Part shown: positions 62,781 to 64,000 of the stretch, piece by piece
How positions within the stretch are numbered: the stretch's first letter is position 1
How the letters are laid out: the number at the start of each line of letters is the position of its first letter
Assembly (NCBI GenBank): GCA_046759445.1
Contig: JBHICG010000004.1
Coordinates: 1-64,000, forward strand
DNA length: 64,000 bases
Direction: 5' to 3'
DNA from: Candidatus Scalinduaceae bacterium
GTDB lineage: Bacteria > Planctomycetota > Brocadiia > Brocadiales > Scalinduaceae
Notes under the pieces: generated by a model
The model's database searches: none
The model's input: only the letters and a program-made list of their open reading frames with translations
What the model was told of the DNA's origin: nothing
Made by a program: the position numbers and the translations under genes

Positions 62781-64000
62781 ATGGTTAGAAACATCAATTC
62801 TTTTAGTTCCGGGATTCATTTGCCAATTGCCATAATTAGTTTTGCATTGTTGTTGAGAATATTGGCGGTACTCTTCATAGTAGATCCTTCTACCCCTACA
62901 GGGGATGTTCAGCATGATATGTATGCCGTAAATATTATAAACGGGAATGGATTTCGGATTGATAATCTCCTTAGTATTCAAGGAGGTGAAACACCGGGAA
63001 GCTTTGGGCTGGACACCCTGTTTTCTTTTAAGCCACCTTTGTATCCCATGTTTCTAGCGACAATCTATTCTACTTGCGATCGTAATTTTTTGGCAGTTGG
63101 AATAATACAGGCATTTTTAGGCTCCCTATCCTGTTTAATTCTCTTCCAAATTAGCAAAAGGATATTTGATGAGAAAGTAGGTTTAATTTCTACATCAATA
63201 TTTGCACTATATCCTTATTTCGTTCTTCAGGGAACAAAAGTTATGGATACCACTTTATTTACATTTCTAACCGTAATAAGTATTTTGTATTTATATAAAG
63301 TTACAGAAAGGCCAACTTCTGTGAATATGGTGGCGGCAGGAATAATTATGGGTCTTGCAATACTATGTAGACCCATTTTTCTTCCATTCATCCCTTTTGT
63401 TTTCGTCTGGTTGTGGTTTTCTTCCCCCTCAAAAAAGATAAGGGTACTTAAAATCATCACGATAACTTCTATATTTATCATATTAACGGTGTTACCCTGG
63501 ACTGTAAGAAATTATATGGTTCATGGACGACTTGTTTTACTTGGTACCAATGGAGGCTATACATTCTGGCAGGCAAACAATCAGTTTACTGAAAAGTATA
63601 TCAAAATGCGTAGTGATTTAGACCCTATTGCCTTTAACGAAGGTATTGACTGGAAGGAAGAAGGGCTGTATGGACTTTCTGAGGTAGAGCAGAATAGTTG
63701 GTTTTATAAAGAGGGGGTGGGATATATTTACAATCACCCATTTGATTTGGTCAGGTTGTCAGCGCTTAAGTTTCTCAGTTTATGGAGTTGGCATATTTAT
63801 CCATCCTCTGAAAGTAAACTAAAAAATGCCATCTATACCTTTACATATGGGCCTATACTCATAATGGCAATAGCTGGAATAGTGTTGAGTCATAATAGAT
63901 GGGAAAAGACATCCCTATTATTGCTTCTATTCTTTGCTTTTACTATTGTATATGCGATATTTTACGGAAAGACAATCTACCGATCCCCATTAGACCCATT
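62781..64000 (+). CDS. ArnT/PMT (GT39/GT83)-like GT-C glycosyltransferase, runs off window end
   Basis: Manual translation MVRNINS..FALLLRIL..GDVQHDMYAVNI..FKPPLYPMFLA..FALYPYF..LCRP..PWTVRNY; no stop before 64000. Confidence 0.82.
   Translation, partial: MVRNINSFSSGIHLPIAIISFALLLRILAVLFIVDPSTPTGDVQHDMYAVNIINGNGFRIDNLLSIQGGETPGSFGLDTLFSFKPPLYPMFLATIYSTCDRNFLAVGIIQAFLGSLSCLILFQISKRIFDEKVGLISTSIFALYPYFVLQGTKVMDTTLFTFLTVISILYLYKVTERPTSVNMVAAGIIMGLAILCRPIFLPFIPFVFVWLWFSSPSKKIRVLKIITITSIFIILTVLPWTVRNYMVHGRLVLLGTNGGYTFWQANNQFTEKYIKMRSDLDPIAFNEGIDWKEEGLYGLSEVEQNSWFYKEGVGYIYNHPFDLVRLSALKFLSLWSWHIYPSSESKLKNAIYTFTYGPILIMAIAGIVLSHNRWEKTSLLLLLFFAFTIVYAIFYGKTIYRSPLDP

Overview
AT-rich bacterial chromosomal window spanning the probable replication origin (glnA-dnaA-oriC-dnaN-dciA-gyrB). 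Genes left of ~39 kb lie mostly on the minus strand and genes to the right mostly on the plus strand. The gene content suggests an anaerobe, possibly an anammox-type planctomycete (Brocadiia); this is inference only. Left to right: hdrCB; DUF72; a giant MscS/MscK-like channel; decayed gene remnants (5.8-6.7, 7.4-7.7, 11.2-14.1 kb); anmK; an APC permease; D-aminoacylase; a mixed minus-strand RNA/protein cluster (tRNA-Val, -Asp, -Arg, tadA, two tRNA-Ser, large SRP RNA, dnaX-ybaB-recR-rpoN); a large S41 protease; an Rrf2-SLC13-USP-aprA-aprB-sat sulfate cluster; paired CNNM/CBS genes; a DUF1858-cupin-cupin-DUF2249 mini-operon; and housekeeping genes. From 48.9 kb to the end lies a membrane glycosylation island: two UbiA-type polyprenyl-phosphate phosphoribosyltransferases, a Cys-poor DUF362, two radical SAM enzymes, an SDR, a secreted GH-A-like protein and four GT-C/ligase-type proteins. 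This island is the best candidate for an undescribed system, a lipid-linked pentose pathway with no DprE1 in view. Other highlights are the tadA stop codon lying inside tRNA-Ser(CGA) and a 157-bp inverted-repeat element with three covarying hairpins.
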